From contig OZ024747.1 of assembly GCA_964016885.1 (NCBI GenBank), positions 52,452,001-52,516,000 on the forward strand: a DNA stretch of 64,000 bases, in the 5' to 3' direction. The position numbers and the translations under genes were made by a program. The notes beneath the pieces are model-generated. The model did no database searches, was not told where the DNA came from, and worked only from the letters and a program-made list of their open reading frames with translations. Positions within the stretch are counted from its first letter, which is position 1. Each line of letters starts with the position of its first letter. Positions 13,965-27,200 of the stretch are shown in pieces. Origin of the DNA: Eledone cirrhosa (lineage: Eukaryota).

Positions 13965-14985
13965 AGTACATAGGACAGAGTTGGTGTAGAGTAAAACAGA
14001 GAGAACCAGTACATAGGAGAGTCAGAGTAGAGTAAAACAGAGAGAACCAGTACGTAGCACAGAGTCGGTGTAGAGTAAAACAGAGAGAACCAGTACGTAG
14101 CACAGAGTCGGTGTAGAGTAAAACAGAGAGAACCAGTACATAGGACAGTGTTGGTGTAGAGTAAAACAGAGAGAACCAGTACATAGGACAGTGTTGGTGT
14201 AGAGTAAAACAGAGAGAACCAATACATAGGACAGAGTTGGTGTAGAGTAAAACAGAGAGAACCAGTACATAGGAGAGTCAAAGTAGAGTAAAACAGAGAG
14301 AACCAGTACGTAGCACAGAGTCGGTGTAGAGTAAAACAGAGAGAACCAGTACGTAGCACAGAGTCGGTGTAGAGTAAAACAGAGAGAACCAGTACATAGG
14401 ACAGTGTTGGTGTAGAGTAAAACAGAGAGAACCAGTACATAGGACAGTGTTGGTGTAGAGTAAAACAGAGAGAACCAATACATAGGACAGAGTTGGTGTA
14501 GAGTAAAACAGAGAGAACCAGTACATAGGAGAGTCAAAGTAGAGTAAAACAGAGAGAACCAGTACGTAGCACAGAGTCGGTGTAGAGTAAAACAGAGAGA
14601 ACCAGTACGTAGCACAGAGTCGGTGTAGAGTAAAACAGAGAGAACCAGTACATAGGACAGTGTTGGTGTAGAGTAAAACAGAGAGAACCAGTACATAGGA
14701 CAGTGTTGGTGTAGAGTAAAACAGAGAGAACCAATACATAGGACAGAGTTGGTGTAGAGTAAAACAGAGAGAACCAGTACATAGGAGAGTCAAAGTAGAG
14801 TAAAACAGAGAGAACCAGTACGTAGCACAGAGTCGGTGTAGAGTAAAACAGAGAGAACCAGTACGTAGCACAGAGTCGGTGTAGAGTAAAACAGAGAGAA
14901 CCAGTACATAGGACAGTGTTGGTGTAGAGTAAAACAGAGAGAACCAGTACATAGGACAGTGTTGGTGTAGAGTAAAACAGAGAGA
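13965..14985. repeat. Local 6-monomer higher-order repeat, 256 bp (6x43-2), about 4 tandem copies
   Basis: Marker 'ccaatacatagg' at 14221, 14477 and 14733. 'aggagagtca' units give stop positions 14022, 14278, 14534 and 14790 (spacing 256). Confidence 0.93.
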
Positions 14986-16479
14986 ACCAGTACGTAGCAC
15001 AGAGTCGCTGTAGAGTAAAACAGAGAGAACCAGTACATAGGACAGTGTTGGTGTAGAGTAAAACAGAGAGAACCAGTACATAGGACAGAGTCACTGTAGA
15101 GTAAAACAGAGAGATCTAGTACATAGGACAGAGTCAGAGTAGAGTAAAACAGAGAGAACCAGTACGTAGCACAGAGTCGGTGTAGAGTAAAACAGAGAGA
15201 ACCAGTACATAGGACAGAGTCGGTGTAGAGTAAAACATAGAGAACCAGTACATAGGACAGAGTTGATGTAGGGTAAAACAGAGAGAACCAGTACATAGGA
15301 CAGAGTTGGTGTAGAGTAAAACAGAGAGAACCAGTACATAGGAGAGTCAGAGTAGAGTAAAACAGAGAGAACCAGTACATAGAACAGAGTCGGTGTAGAG
15401 TAAAACAGAGAACCAGTACATAGGACAGAGTCAGTGTAGAGTAAAACAGAGAGAACCAGTACATAGGACAGAGTTGGTGTAGAGTAAAACAGAGAGAACC
15501 AGTACATAGGACAGAGTCGGTGTAGAGTAAAACAGAGAGAACCAGTACATAGGACAGTGTTGGTGTAGAGTAAAACAGAGAGAACCAGTACGTAGCACAG
15601 AGTCGGTGTAGAGTAAAACAGAGAGAACCAGTACATAGGACAGTGTTGGTGTAGAGTAAAACAGAGAGAACCAGTACGTAGCACAGAGTCGGTGTAGAGT
15701 AAAACAGAGAGAACCAGTACGTAGCACAGAGTCGGTGTAGAGTAAAACAGAGAGAACCAGTACATAGGACAGTGTTGGTGTAGAGTAAAACAGAGAGAAC
15801 CAGTACATAGGACAGTGTTGGTGTAGAGTAAAACAGAGAGAACCAGTACGTAGCACAGAGTCGCTGTAGAGTAAAACAGAGAGAACCAGTACATAGGACA
15901 GTGTTGGTGTAGAGTAAAACAGAGAGAACCAGTACATAGGACAGAGTAGGTGTAGAGTAAAACAGAGAGAACTAGTACATAGGACAGAGTCACTGTAGAG
16001 TAAAACAGAGAGAGCCAGTACATAGAACAGAGTCGGTGTAGAGTAAATCAGAGAGAACCAGTACATAGGACAGAGTCACTGTAGAGTAAAACAGAGAGAA
16101 CTAGTACATAGGACAGAGTCAGAGTAGAGTAAAACAGAGAGAACCAGTACATAGGACAGAGTCGGTGTAGAGTAAAACAGAGAGAACCAGTACATAGGAC
16201 AGAGTTGGTGTAGGGTAAAACAGAGAGAACTAGTACATAGGACAGAGTTGGTGTAGTGTAAAACAGAGAGAACCAGTACATAGGACAGAGTCGGTGTAGA
16301 GTAAAACATAGAGAACCAGTACATAGGACAGAGTTGATGTAGGGTAAAACAGAGAGAACCAGTACATAGGACAGAGTTGGTGTAGAGTAAAACAGAGAGA
16401 ACCAGTACATAGGAGAGTCAGAGTAGAGTAAAACAGAGAGAACCAGTACATAGAACAGAGTCGGTGTAGAGTAAAACAG

Positions 16480-19400
16480 AGAGAACCAGTACATAGGACA
16501 GAGTTGGTGTAGAGTAAAACAGAGAGAACCAGCACGTAGCACAGAGTCGGTGTAGAGTAAAACAGAGAGAACCAGTACATAGGACAGTGTTGGTGTAGAG
16601 TAAAACAGAGAGAACCAGTACATAGGACAGTGTTGGTGTAGAGTAAAACAGAGATAACCAGCACGTAGCACAGAGTCGGTGTAGAGTAAAACAGAGAGAA
16701 CCAGTACATAGGACAGTGTTGGTGTAGAGTAAAACAGAGAGAACCAGTACATAGGACAGTGTTGGTGTATAGTAAAACAGAGAGAACCAGTACATAGGAC
16801 AGTGTTGGTGTAGAGTAAAACAGAGAGAACCAGTACGTAGCACAGAGTCGGTGTAGAATAAAACAGAGAGAACCAGTACATAGGACAGTGTTGGTGTAGA
16901 GTAAAACAGAGAGAACCAGTACGTAGCACAGAGTCGGTGTAGAGTAAAACAGAGAGAACCAGTACGTAGCACAGAGTCGGTGTAGAGTAAAACAGAGAGA
17001 ACCAGTACATAGGACAGTGTTGGTGTAGAGTAAAACAAAGAGAACCAGTACATAGGACAGTGTTGGTGTAGAGTAAAACAGAGAGAACCAGTACATAGCA
17101 CAGTGTTGGTGTAGAGTAAAACAGAGAGAACCAGTACGTAGCACAGAGTCGGTGTAGAGTAAAACAGAGAGAACCAGTACGTAGCACAGAGTCGGTGTAG
17201 AGTAAAACAGAGAGAACCAGTACGTAGCACAGAGTCAGTGTAGAGTAAAACAGAGAGAACCAGTACATAGGACAGAGTCGGTGTAGAGTAAAACAGAGAG
17301 AACCAGTACATAGGACAGAGTCACTGTAGAGTAAAACAGAGAGAACTAGTACATAGGACAGAGTCAGAGTAGAGTAAAACAGAGAGAACCAGTACATAGA
17401 ACAGAGTCACTGTAGAGTAAAACAGAGAGAACCAGTACATAGGACAGAGTCACTGTAGAGTAAAACAGAGAGAACTAGTACATAGGACAGAGTCAGAGTA
17501 GAGTAAAACAGAGAGAACCAGTACATAGAACAGAGTCGGTGTAGAGTAAAACAGAGAGAACCAGTACATAGGACAGAGTCACTGTAGAGTAAAACAGAGA
17601 GAACTAGTACATAGGACAGAGTCAGAGTAGAGTAAAACAGAGAGAACCAGTACATAGGACAGAGTCGGTGTAGAGTAAAACATAGAGAACCAGTACATAG
17701 GACAGAGTTGATGTAGGGAAAAACAGAGAGAACCAGTACATAGGACAGAGTTGGTGTAGAGTAAAACAGAGAGAACCAGTACATAGGAGAGTCAGAGTAG
17801 AGTAAAACAGAGAGAACCAGTACATAGAACAGAGTCGGTGTAGAGTAAAACAGAGAACCAGTACATAGGACAGAGTTGGTGTAGAGTAAAACAGAGAGAA
17901 CCAGTACATAGGACAGAGTTGGTGTAGAGTAAAACAGAGAGAACCAGTACATATGACAGAGTAGGTGTAGAGTAAAACAGAGAGAACCAGTACATAGGAC
18001 AGAGTTGGAGTAGAGTAAAACAGAGAGAACCAGTACATAGGACAGAGTTAGTGTAGAGTAAAACAGAGAGAACCAGTACATAGGACAGAGTTGGTGTAGA
18101 GTAAAACAGAGAGAACCAGTACATAGGACAGAGTTAGTGTAGAGTAAAACAGAGAGAACCAGTACATATGACAGAGTAGGTGTAGAGTAAAACAGAGAGA
18201 ACCAGTACATAGGACAGAGTCGGTGTAGAGTAAAACAGAGAGAACCAGTACATAGGACAGTGTTGGTGTAGAGTAAAACAGAGAGAACCAGTACATAGGA
18301 CAGTGTTGGTGTAGAGTAAAACAGAGAGAACCAGTACGTAGCACAGAGTCGGTGTAGAGTAAAACAGAGAGAACCAGTACATAGGACAGTGTTGGTGTAG
18401 AGTAAAACAGAGAGAACCAGTACGTAGCACAGAGTCGGTGTAGAGTAAAACAGAGAGAACCAGTACGTAGCACAGAGTCGGTGTAGAGTAAAACAGAGAG
18501 AACCAGTACATAGGACAGAGTCGCTGTAGAGTAAAACAGAGAGAACCAGTACATAGGACAGTGTTGGTGTAGAGTAAAACAGAGAGAACCAGTACGTAGC
18601 ACAGAGTCGGTGTAGAGTAAAACAGAGAGAACCAGTACGTAGCACAGAGTCGGTGTAGAGTAAAACAGAGAGAACCAGTACATAGGACAGAGTCGCTGTA
18701 GAGTAAAACAGAGAGAACCAGTACATAGGACAGAGTCACTGTAGAGTAAAACAGAGAGAACTAGTACATAGGACAGAGTCAGAGTAGAGTAAAACAGAGA
18801 GAGCCAGTACATAGAACAGAGTCGGTGTAGAGTAAAACAGAGAGAACCAGTACATAGGACAGAGTTGGTGTAGAGTAAAGCAGAGAGAACTAGTACATAG
18901 GACAGAGTCAGAGTAGAGTAAAACAGAGAGAACCAGTACATAGGACAGAGTCGGTGTAGAGTAAAACAGAGAGAAACAGTACATAGGACAGAGTTGGTGT
19001 AGGGTAAAACAGAGAGAACCAGTACGTAGCACAGAGTCGGTGTAGAGTAAAACAGAGAGAACCAGTACATAGGACAGTGTTGGTGTAGAGTAAAACAGAG
19101 AGAACCAGTACGTAGGACAGTGTTGGTGTAGAGTAAAACAGAGAGAACCAGTACATAGGACAGAGTCACTGTAGAGTAAAACAGAGAGATCTAGTACATA
19201 GGACAGAGTCAGAGTAGAGTAAAACAGAGAGAACCAGTACGTAGCACAGAGTCGGTGTAGAGTAAAACAGAGAGAACCAGTACATAGGACAGAGTCGGTG
19301 TAGAGTAAAACATAGAGAACCAGTACATAGGACAGAGTTGATGTAGGGTAAAACAGAGAGAACCAGTACATAGGACAGAGTAGGTGTAGAGTAAAACAGA

Positions 19401-21220
19401 GAGAACTAGTACATAGGACAGAGTCACTGTAGAGTAAAACAGAGAGAGCCAGTACATAGAACAGAGTCGGTGTAGAGTAAAACAGAGAGAACCAGTACAT
19501 AGGACAGAGTCACTGTAGAGTAAAACAGAGAGAACTAGTACATAGGACAGAGTCAGAGTAGAGTAAAACAGAGAGAACCAGTACATAGGACAGAGTCGGT
19601 GTAGAGTAAAACAGAGAGAACCAGTACATAGGACAGAGTTGGTGTAGGGTAAAACAGAGAGAACTAGTACATAGGACAGAGTTGGTGTAGTGTAAAACAG
19701 AGAACCAGTACATAGGACAGAGTCGGTGTAGAGTAAAACATAGAGAACCAGTACATAGGACAGAGTTGATGTAGGGTAAAACAGAGAGAACCAGTACATA
19801 GGACAGAGTTGGTGTAGAGTAAAACAGAGAGAACCAGTACATAGGAGAGTCAGAGTAGAGTAAAACAGAGAGAACCAGTACATAGAACAGAGTCGGTGTA
19901 GAGTAAAACAGAGAACCAGTACATAGGACAGAGTCAGTGTAGAGTAAAACAGAGAGAACCAGTACATAGGACAGAGTTGGTGTAGAGTAAAACAGAGAGA
20001 ACCAGCACGTAGCACAGAGTCGGTGTAGAGTAAAACAGAGAGAACCAGTACATAGGACAGTGTTGGTGTAGAGTAAAACAGAGAGAACCAGTACATAGGA
20101 CAGTGTTGGTGTAGAGTAAAACAGAGATAACCAGCACGTAGCACAGAGTCGGTGTAGAGTAAAACAGAGAGAACCAGTACATAGGACAGTGTTGGTGTAG
20201 AGTAAAACAGAGAGAACCAGTACATAGGACAGTGTTGGTGTAGAGTAAAACAGAGAGAACCAGTACGTAGCACAGAGTCGGTGTAGAATAAAACAGAGAG
20301 AACCAGTACATAGGACAGTGTTGGTGTAGAGTAAAACAGAGAGAACCAGTACGTAGCACAGAGTCGGTGTAGAGTAAAACAGAGAGAACCAGTACGTAGC
20401 ACAGAGTCGGTGTAGAGTAAAACAGAGAGAACCAGTACATAGGACAGTGTTGGTGTAGAGTAAAACAGAGAGAACCAGTACATAGGACAGTGTTGGTGTA
20501 GAGTAAAACAGAGAGAACCAGTACGTAGCACAGTGTTGGTGTAGAGTAAAACAGAGAGAACCAGTACGTAGCACAGAGTCGGTGTAGAGTAAAACAGAGA
20601 GAACCAGTACGTAGCACAGAGTCGGTGTAGAGTAAAACAGAGAGAACCAGTACGTAGCACAGAGTCGGTGTAGAGTAAAACAGAGAGAACCAGTACATAG
20701 AACAGAGTCGGTGTAGAGTAAAACAGAGAGAACCAGTACATAGGACAGAGTCACTGTAGAGTAAAACAGAGAGAACTAGTACATAGGACAGAGTCAGAGT
20801 AGAGTAAAACAGAGAGAACCAGTACATAGAACAGAGTCGGTGTAGAGTAAAACAGAGAGAACCAGTACATAGGACAGAGTCACTGTAGAGTAAAACAGAG
20901 AGAACTAGTACATAGGACAGAGTCGGTGTAGAGTAAAACATAGAGAACCAGTACATAGGACAGAGTTGATGTAGGGAAAAACAGAGAGAACCAGTACATA
21001 GGACAGAGTTGGTGTAGAGTAAAACAGAGAGAACCAGTACATAGGAGAGTCAGAGTAGAGTAAAACAGAGAGAACCAGTACATAGAACAGAGTCGGTGTA
21101 GAGTAAAAAAGAGAACCAGTACATAGGACAGAGTTGGTGTAGAGTAAAACAGAGAGAACCAGTACATAGGACAGAGTTGGTGTAGAGTAAAACAGAGAGA
21201 ACCAGTACATATGACAGAGT
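16480..21220. repeat. Dispersed copy of the block at about 2.9-7.25 kb (offset 13.6-14.1 kb, varying in whole monomers)
   Basis: Identical ORF translations at offsets 13613 (4009/17622), 14086 (4650/18736), 13957 (5252/19209, 5977/19934) and 14000 (6754/20754). The offsets differ by multiples of 43. Confidence 0.85.
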
Positions 21221-24200
21221 AGGTGTAGAGTAAAACAGAGAGAACCAGTACATAGGACAGAGTTGGTGTAGAGTAAAACAGAGAGAACCAGTACGTAGCA
21301 CAGAGTCGGTGTAGAGTAAAACAGAGAGAACCAGTACATAGGACAGTGTTGGTGTAGAGTAAAACAGAGAGAACCAGTACGTAGCACAGAGTCGGTGTAG
21401 AGTAAAACAGAGAGAACCAGTACGTAGCACAGAGTCGGTGTAGAGTAAAACAGAGAGAACCAGTACATAGGACAGTGTTGGTGTAGAGTAAAACAGAGAG
21501 AACCAGTACATAGGACAGTGTTGGTGTAGAGTAAAACAGAGAGAACCAGTACATAGCACAAAGTCGCTGTAGAGTAAAACAGAGAGAACCAGTACATAGG
21601 ACAGTGTTGGTGTAGAGTAAAACAGAGAGAACCAGTACATAGGACAGAGTCACTGTAGCGTAAAACAGAGAGAACTAGTACATAGGACAGAGTCAGAGTA
21701 GAGTAAAACAGAGAGAGCCAGTACATAGAACAGAGTCGGTGTAGAGTAAAACAGAGAGAACCAGTACATAGGACAGAGTTGGTGTAGAGTAAAACAGAGA
21801 GAACTAGTACATAGGACAGAGTCAGAGTAGAGTAAAACAGAGAGAACCAGTACATAGGACAGAGTCGGTGTAGAGTAAAACAGAGAACCAGTACATAGGA
21901 CAGAGTCAGTGTAGAGTAAAACAGAGAGAACCAGTACATAGGACAGAGTTGGTGTAGAGTAAAACAGAGAGAACCAGTACATAGGACAGAGAGAACCAGT
22001 ACATATGACAGAGTAGGTGTAGAGTAAAACAGAGAGAACCAGTACATAGGACAGAGTCGGTGTAGAGTAAAACAGAGAGAACCAGTACGTAGCACAGAGT
22101 CGGTGTAGAGTAAAACAGAGAGAACCAGTACATAGGACAGTGTTGGTGTAGAGTAAAACAGAGAGAACCAGTACATAGGACAGTGTTGGTGTAGAGTAAA
22201 ACAGAGAGAACCAGTACGTAGCACAGAGTCGCTGTAGAGTAAAACAGAGAGAACCAGTACATAGGACAGTGTTGGTGTAGAGTAAAACAGAGAGAACCAG
22301 TACATAGGAGAGTCAGAGTAGAGTAAAACAGAGAGAACCAGTACATAGAACAGAGTCGGTGTAGAGTAAAACAGAGAACCAGTACATAGGACAGAGTCAG
22401 TGTAGAGTAAAACAGAGAGAACCAGTATATAGGACAGAGTCGGTGTAGAGTAAAACAGAGAGAACCAGTACATAGGACAGAGTCAGAGTAGAGTAAAACA
22501 GAGACAGCCAGTACATAGAACAGAGTCGGTGTAGAGTAAAACAGAGAGAACCAGTACTTAGGACAGAGTCACTGTAGAGTAAAACAGAGAGAACTAGTAC
22601 ATAGAACAGAGTCAGAGTAGAGTAAAACAGAGAGAACCAGTACATAGGACAGAGTCGGTGTAGAGTAAAACGGAGAGAACCAGTACATAAGACAGAGTTG
22701 GTGTAGGGTAAAACAGAGAGAACTAGTACATAGGACAGAGTTGGTGTAGTGTAAAACAGAGAGAACCAGTACATAGGACAGAGTCGGTGTAGAGTAAAAC
22801 ATAGAGAACCAGTACATAGGACAGAGTTGGTGTAGAGTAAAACAGAGAGAACCAGTACATATGACAGAGTTGATGTAGGGTAAAACAGAGAGAACCAGTA
22901 CATAGGACAGAGTTGATGTAGGGTAAAACAGAGAGAACCAGTACATAGGACAGAGTTGGTGTAGAGTAAAACAGAGAGAACCAGTACATAGGAGAGTCAG
23001 AGTAGAGTAAAACAGAGAGAACCAGTACATAGAACAGAGTCGGTGTAGAGTAAAACAGAGAACCAGTACATAGGACAGAGTCAGTGTAGAGTAAAACAGA
23101 GAGAACCAGTACATAGGACAGTGTTGGTGTAGAGTAAAACAGAGAGAACCAGTACGTAGCACAGAGTCGGTGTAGAGTAAAACAGAGAGAACCAGTACGT
23201 AGCACAGAGTCGCTGTAGAGTAAAACAGAGAGAACCAGTACATAGGACAGTGTTGGTGTAGAGTAAAACAGAGAGAACCAGTACGTAGCACAGAGTCGGT
23301 GTAGAGTAAAACAGAGAGAACCAGTACATAGGACAGTGTTGGTGTAGAGTAAAACAGAGAGAACCAGTACGTAGCACAGAGTCGGTGTAGAGTAAAACAG
23401 AGAGAAGCAGTACGTAGCACAGAGTCGGTGTAGAGTAAAACAGAGAGAACCAGTACATAGGACAGTGTTGGTGTAGAGTAAAACAGAGAGAACCAGTACA
23501 TAGGACAGTGTTGGTGTAGAGTAAAACAGAGAGAACCAGTACGTAGCACAGAGTCGCTGTAGAGTAAAACAGAGAGAACCAGTACATAGGACAGTGTTGG
23601 TGTAGAGTAAAACAGAGAGAACCAGTACATAGGACAGAGTCACTGTAGAGTAAAACAGAGAGAACTAGTACATAGGACAGAGTCAGAGTAGAGTAAAACA
23701 GAGAGAGCCAGTACATAGAACAGAGTCGGTGTAGAGTAAAACAGAGAGAACCAGTACATAGGACAGAGTTGGTGTAGAGTAAAACAGAGAGAACTAGTAC
23801 ATAGGACAGAGTCAGAGTAGAGTAAAACAGAGAGAACCAGTACATAGGACAGAGTCGGTGTAGAGTAAAACAGAGAGAACCAGTACGTAGCACAGAGTCG
23901 GTGTAGAGTAAAACAGAGAGAACCAGTACATAGGACAGTGTTGGTGTAGAGTAAAACAGAGAGAACCAGTACATAGGACAGTGTTGGTGTAGAGTAAAAC
24001 AGAGAGAACCAGTACGTAGCACAGAGTCGCTGTAGAGTAAAACAGAGAGAACCAGTACATAGGACAGTGTTGGTGTAGAGTAAAACAGAGAGAACCAGTA
24101 CATAGGAGAGTCAGAGTAGAGTAAAACAGAGAGAACCAGTACATAGAACAGAGTCGGTGTAGAGTAAAACAGAGAACCAGTACATAGGACAGAGTCAGTG

Positions 24201-27200
24201 TAGAGTAAAACAGAGAGAACCAGTACATAGGACAGAGTTGGTGTAGAGTAAAACAGAGAGAACCAGTACATAGGACAGAGTTAGTGTAGAGTAAAACAGA
24301 GAGAACCAGTACATATGACAGAGTAGGTGTAGAGTAAAACAGAGAGAACCAGTACATAGGACAGAGTCGGTGTAGAGTAAAACAGAGAACCAGTACATAG
24401 GACAGAGTTGGTGTAGAGTAAAACAGAGAGAACCAGTACATAGGACAGAGTTGGTGTAGAGTAAAACAGAGAGAACCAGTACATATGACAGAGTAGGTGT
24501 AGAGTAAAACAGAGAGAACCAGTACATAGGACAGAGTTGGAGTAGAGTAAAACAGAGAGAACCAGTACATAGGACAGAGTTAGTGTAGAGTAAAACAGAG
24601 AGAACCAGTACATAGGACAGAGTTGGTGTAGAGTAAAACAGAGAGAACCAGTACATAGGACAGAGTTAGTGTAGAGTAAAACAGAGAGAACCAGTACATA
24701 TGACAGAGTAGGTGTAGAGTAAAACAGAGAGAACCAGTACATAGGACAGAGTCGGTGTAGAGTAAAACAGAGAGAACCAGTACATAGGACAGTGTTGGTG
24801 TAGAGTAAAACAGAGAGAACCAGTACATAGGACAGTGTTGGTGTAGAGTAAAACAGAGAGAACCAGTACGTAGCACAGAGTCGGTGTAGAGTAAAACAGA
24901 GAGAACCAGTACATAGGACAGTGTTGGTGTAGAGTAAAACAGAGAGAACCAGTACGTAGCACAGAGTCGGTGTAGAGTAAAACAGAGAGAACCAGTACGT
25001 AGCACAGAGTCGGTGTAGAGTAAAACAGAGAGAACCAGTACATAGGACAGAGTCGCTGTAGAGTAAAACAGAGAGAACCAGTACATAGGACAGTGTTGGT
25101 GTAGAGTAAAACAGAGAGAACCAGTACGTAGCACAGAGTCGGTGTAGAGTAAAACAGAGAGAACCAGTACGTAGCACAGAGTCGGTGTAGAGTAAAACAG
25201 AGAGAACCAGTACATAGGACAGAGTCGCTGTAGAGTAAAACAGAGAGAACCAGTACATAGGACAGAGTCACTGTAGAGTAAAACAGAGAGAACTAGTACA
25301 TAGGACAGAGTCAGAGTAGAGTAAAACAGAGAGAGCCAGTACATAGAACAGAGTCGGTGTAGAGTAAAACAGAGAGAACCAGTACATAGGACAGAGTTGG
25401 TGTAGAGTAAAGCAGAGAGAACTAGTACATAGGACAGAGTCAGAGTAGAGTAAAACAGAGAGAACCAGTACATAGGACAGAGTCGGTGTAGAGTAAAACA
25501 GAGAGAAACAGTACATAGGACAGAGTTGGTGTAGGGTAAAACAGAGAGAACCAGTACGTAGCACAGAGTCGGTGTAGAGTAAAACAGAGAGAACCAGTAC
25601 ATAGGACAGTGTTGGTGTAGAGTAAAACAGAGAGAACCAGTACGTAGGACAGTGTTGGTGTAGAGTAAAACAGAGAGAACCAGTACATAGGACAGAGTCA
25701 CTGTAGAGTAAAACAGAGAGATCTAGTACATAGGACAGAGTCAGAGTAGAGTAAAACAGAGAGAACCAGTACGTAGCACAGAGTCGGTGTAGAGTAAAAC
25801 AGAGAGAACCAGTACATAGGACAGAGTCGGTGTAGAGTAAAACATAGAGAACCAGTACATAGGACAGAGTTGATGTAGGGTAAAACAGAGAGAACCAGTA
25901 CATAGGACAGAGTAGGTGTAGAGTAAAACAGAGAGAACTAGTACATAGGACAGAGTCACTGTAGAGTAAAACAGAGAGAGCCAGTACATAGAACAGAGTC
26001 GGTGTAGAGTAAAACAGAGAGAACCAGTACATAGGACAGAGTCACTGTAGAGTAAAACAGAGAGAACTAGTACATAGGACAGAGTCAGAGTAGAGTAAAA
26101 CAGAGAGAACCAGTACATAGGACAGAGTCGGTGTAGAGTAAAACAGAGAGAACCAGTACATAGGACAGAGTTGGTGTAGGGTAAAACAGAGAGAACTAGT
26201 ACATAGGACAGAGTTGGTGTAGTGTAAAACAGAGAACCAGTACATAGGACAGAGTCGGTGTAGAGTAAAACATAGAGAACCAGTACATAGGACAGAGTTG
26301 ATGTAGGGTAAAACAGAGAGAACCAGTACATAGGACAGAGTTGGTGTAGAGTAAAACAGAGAGAACCAGTACATAGGAGAGTCAGAGTAGAGTAAAACAG
26401 AGAGAACCAGTACATAGAACAGAGTCGGTGTAGAGTAAAACAGAAACCAGTACATAGGACAGAGTCAGTGTAGAGTAAAACAGAGAGAACCAGTACATAG
26501 GACAGAGTTGGTGTAGAGTAAAACAGAGAGAACCAGCACGTAGCACAGAGTCGGTGTAGAGTAAAACAGAGAGAACCAGTACATAGGACAGTGTTGGTGT
26601 AGAGTAAAACAGAGAGAACCAGTACATAGGACAGTGTTGGTGTAGAGTAAAACAGAGATAACCAGCACGTAGCACAGAGTCGGTGTAGAGTAAAACAGAG
26701 AGAACCAGTACATAGGACAGTGTTGGTGTAGAGTAAAACAGAGAGAACCAGTACATAGGACAGTGTTGGTGTAGAGTAAAACAGAGAGAACCAGTACGTA
26801 GCACAGAGTCGGTGTAGAATAAAACAGAGAGAACCAGTACATAGGACAGTGTTGGTGTAGAGTAAAACAGAGAGAACCAGTACGTAGCACAGAGTCGGTG
26901 TAGAGTAAAACAGAGAGAACCAGTACGTAGCACAGAGTCGGTGTAGAGTAAAACAGAGAGAACCAGTACATAGGACAGTGTTGGTGTAGAGTAAAACAGA
27001 GAGAACCAGTACATAGGACAGTGTTGGTGTAGAGTAAAACAGAGAGAACCAGTACGTAGCACAGTGTTGGTGTAGAGTAAAACAGAGAGAACCAGTACGT
27101 AGCACAGAGTCGGTGTAGAGTAAAACAGAGAGAACCAGTACGTAGCACAGAGTCGGTGTAGAGTAAAACAGAGAGAACCAGTACGTAGCACAGAGTCGGT

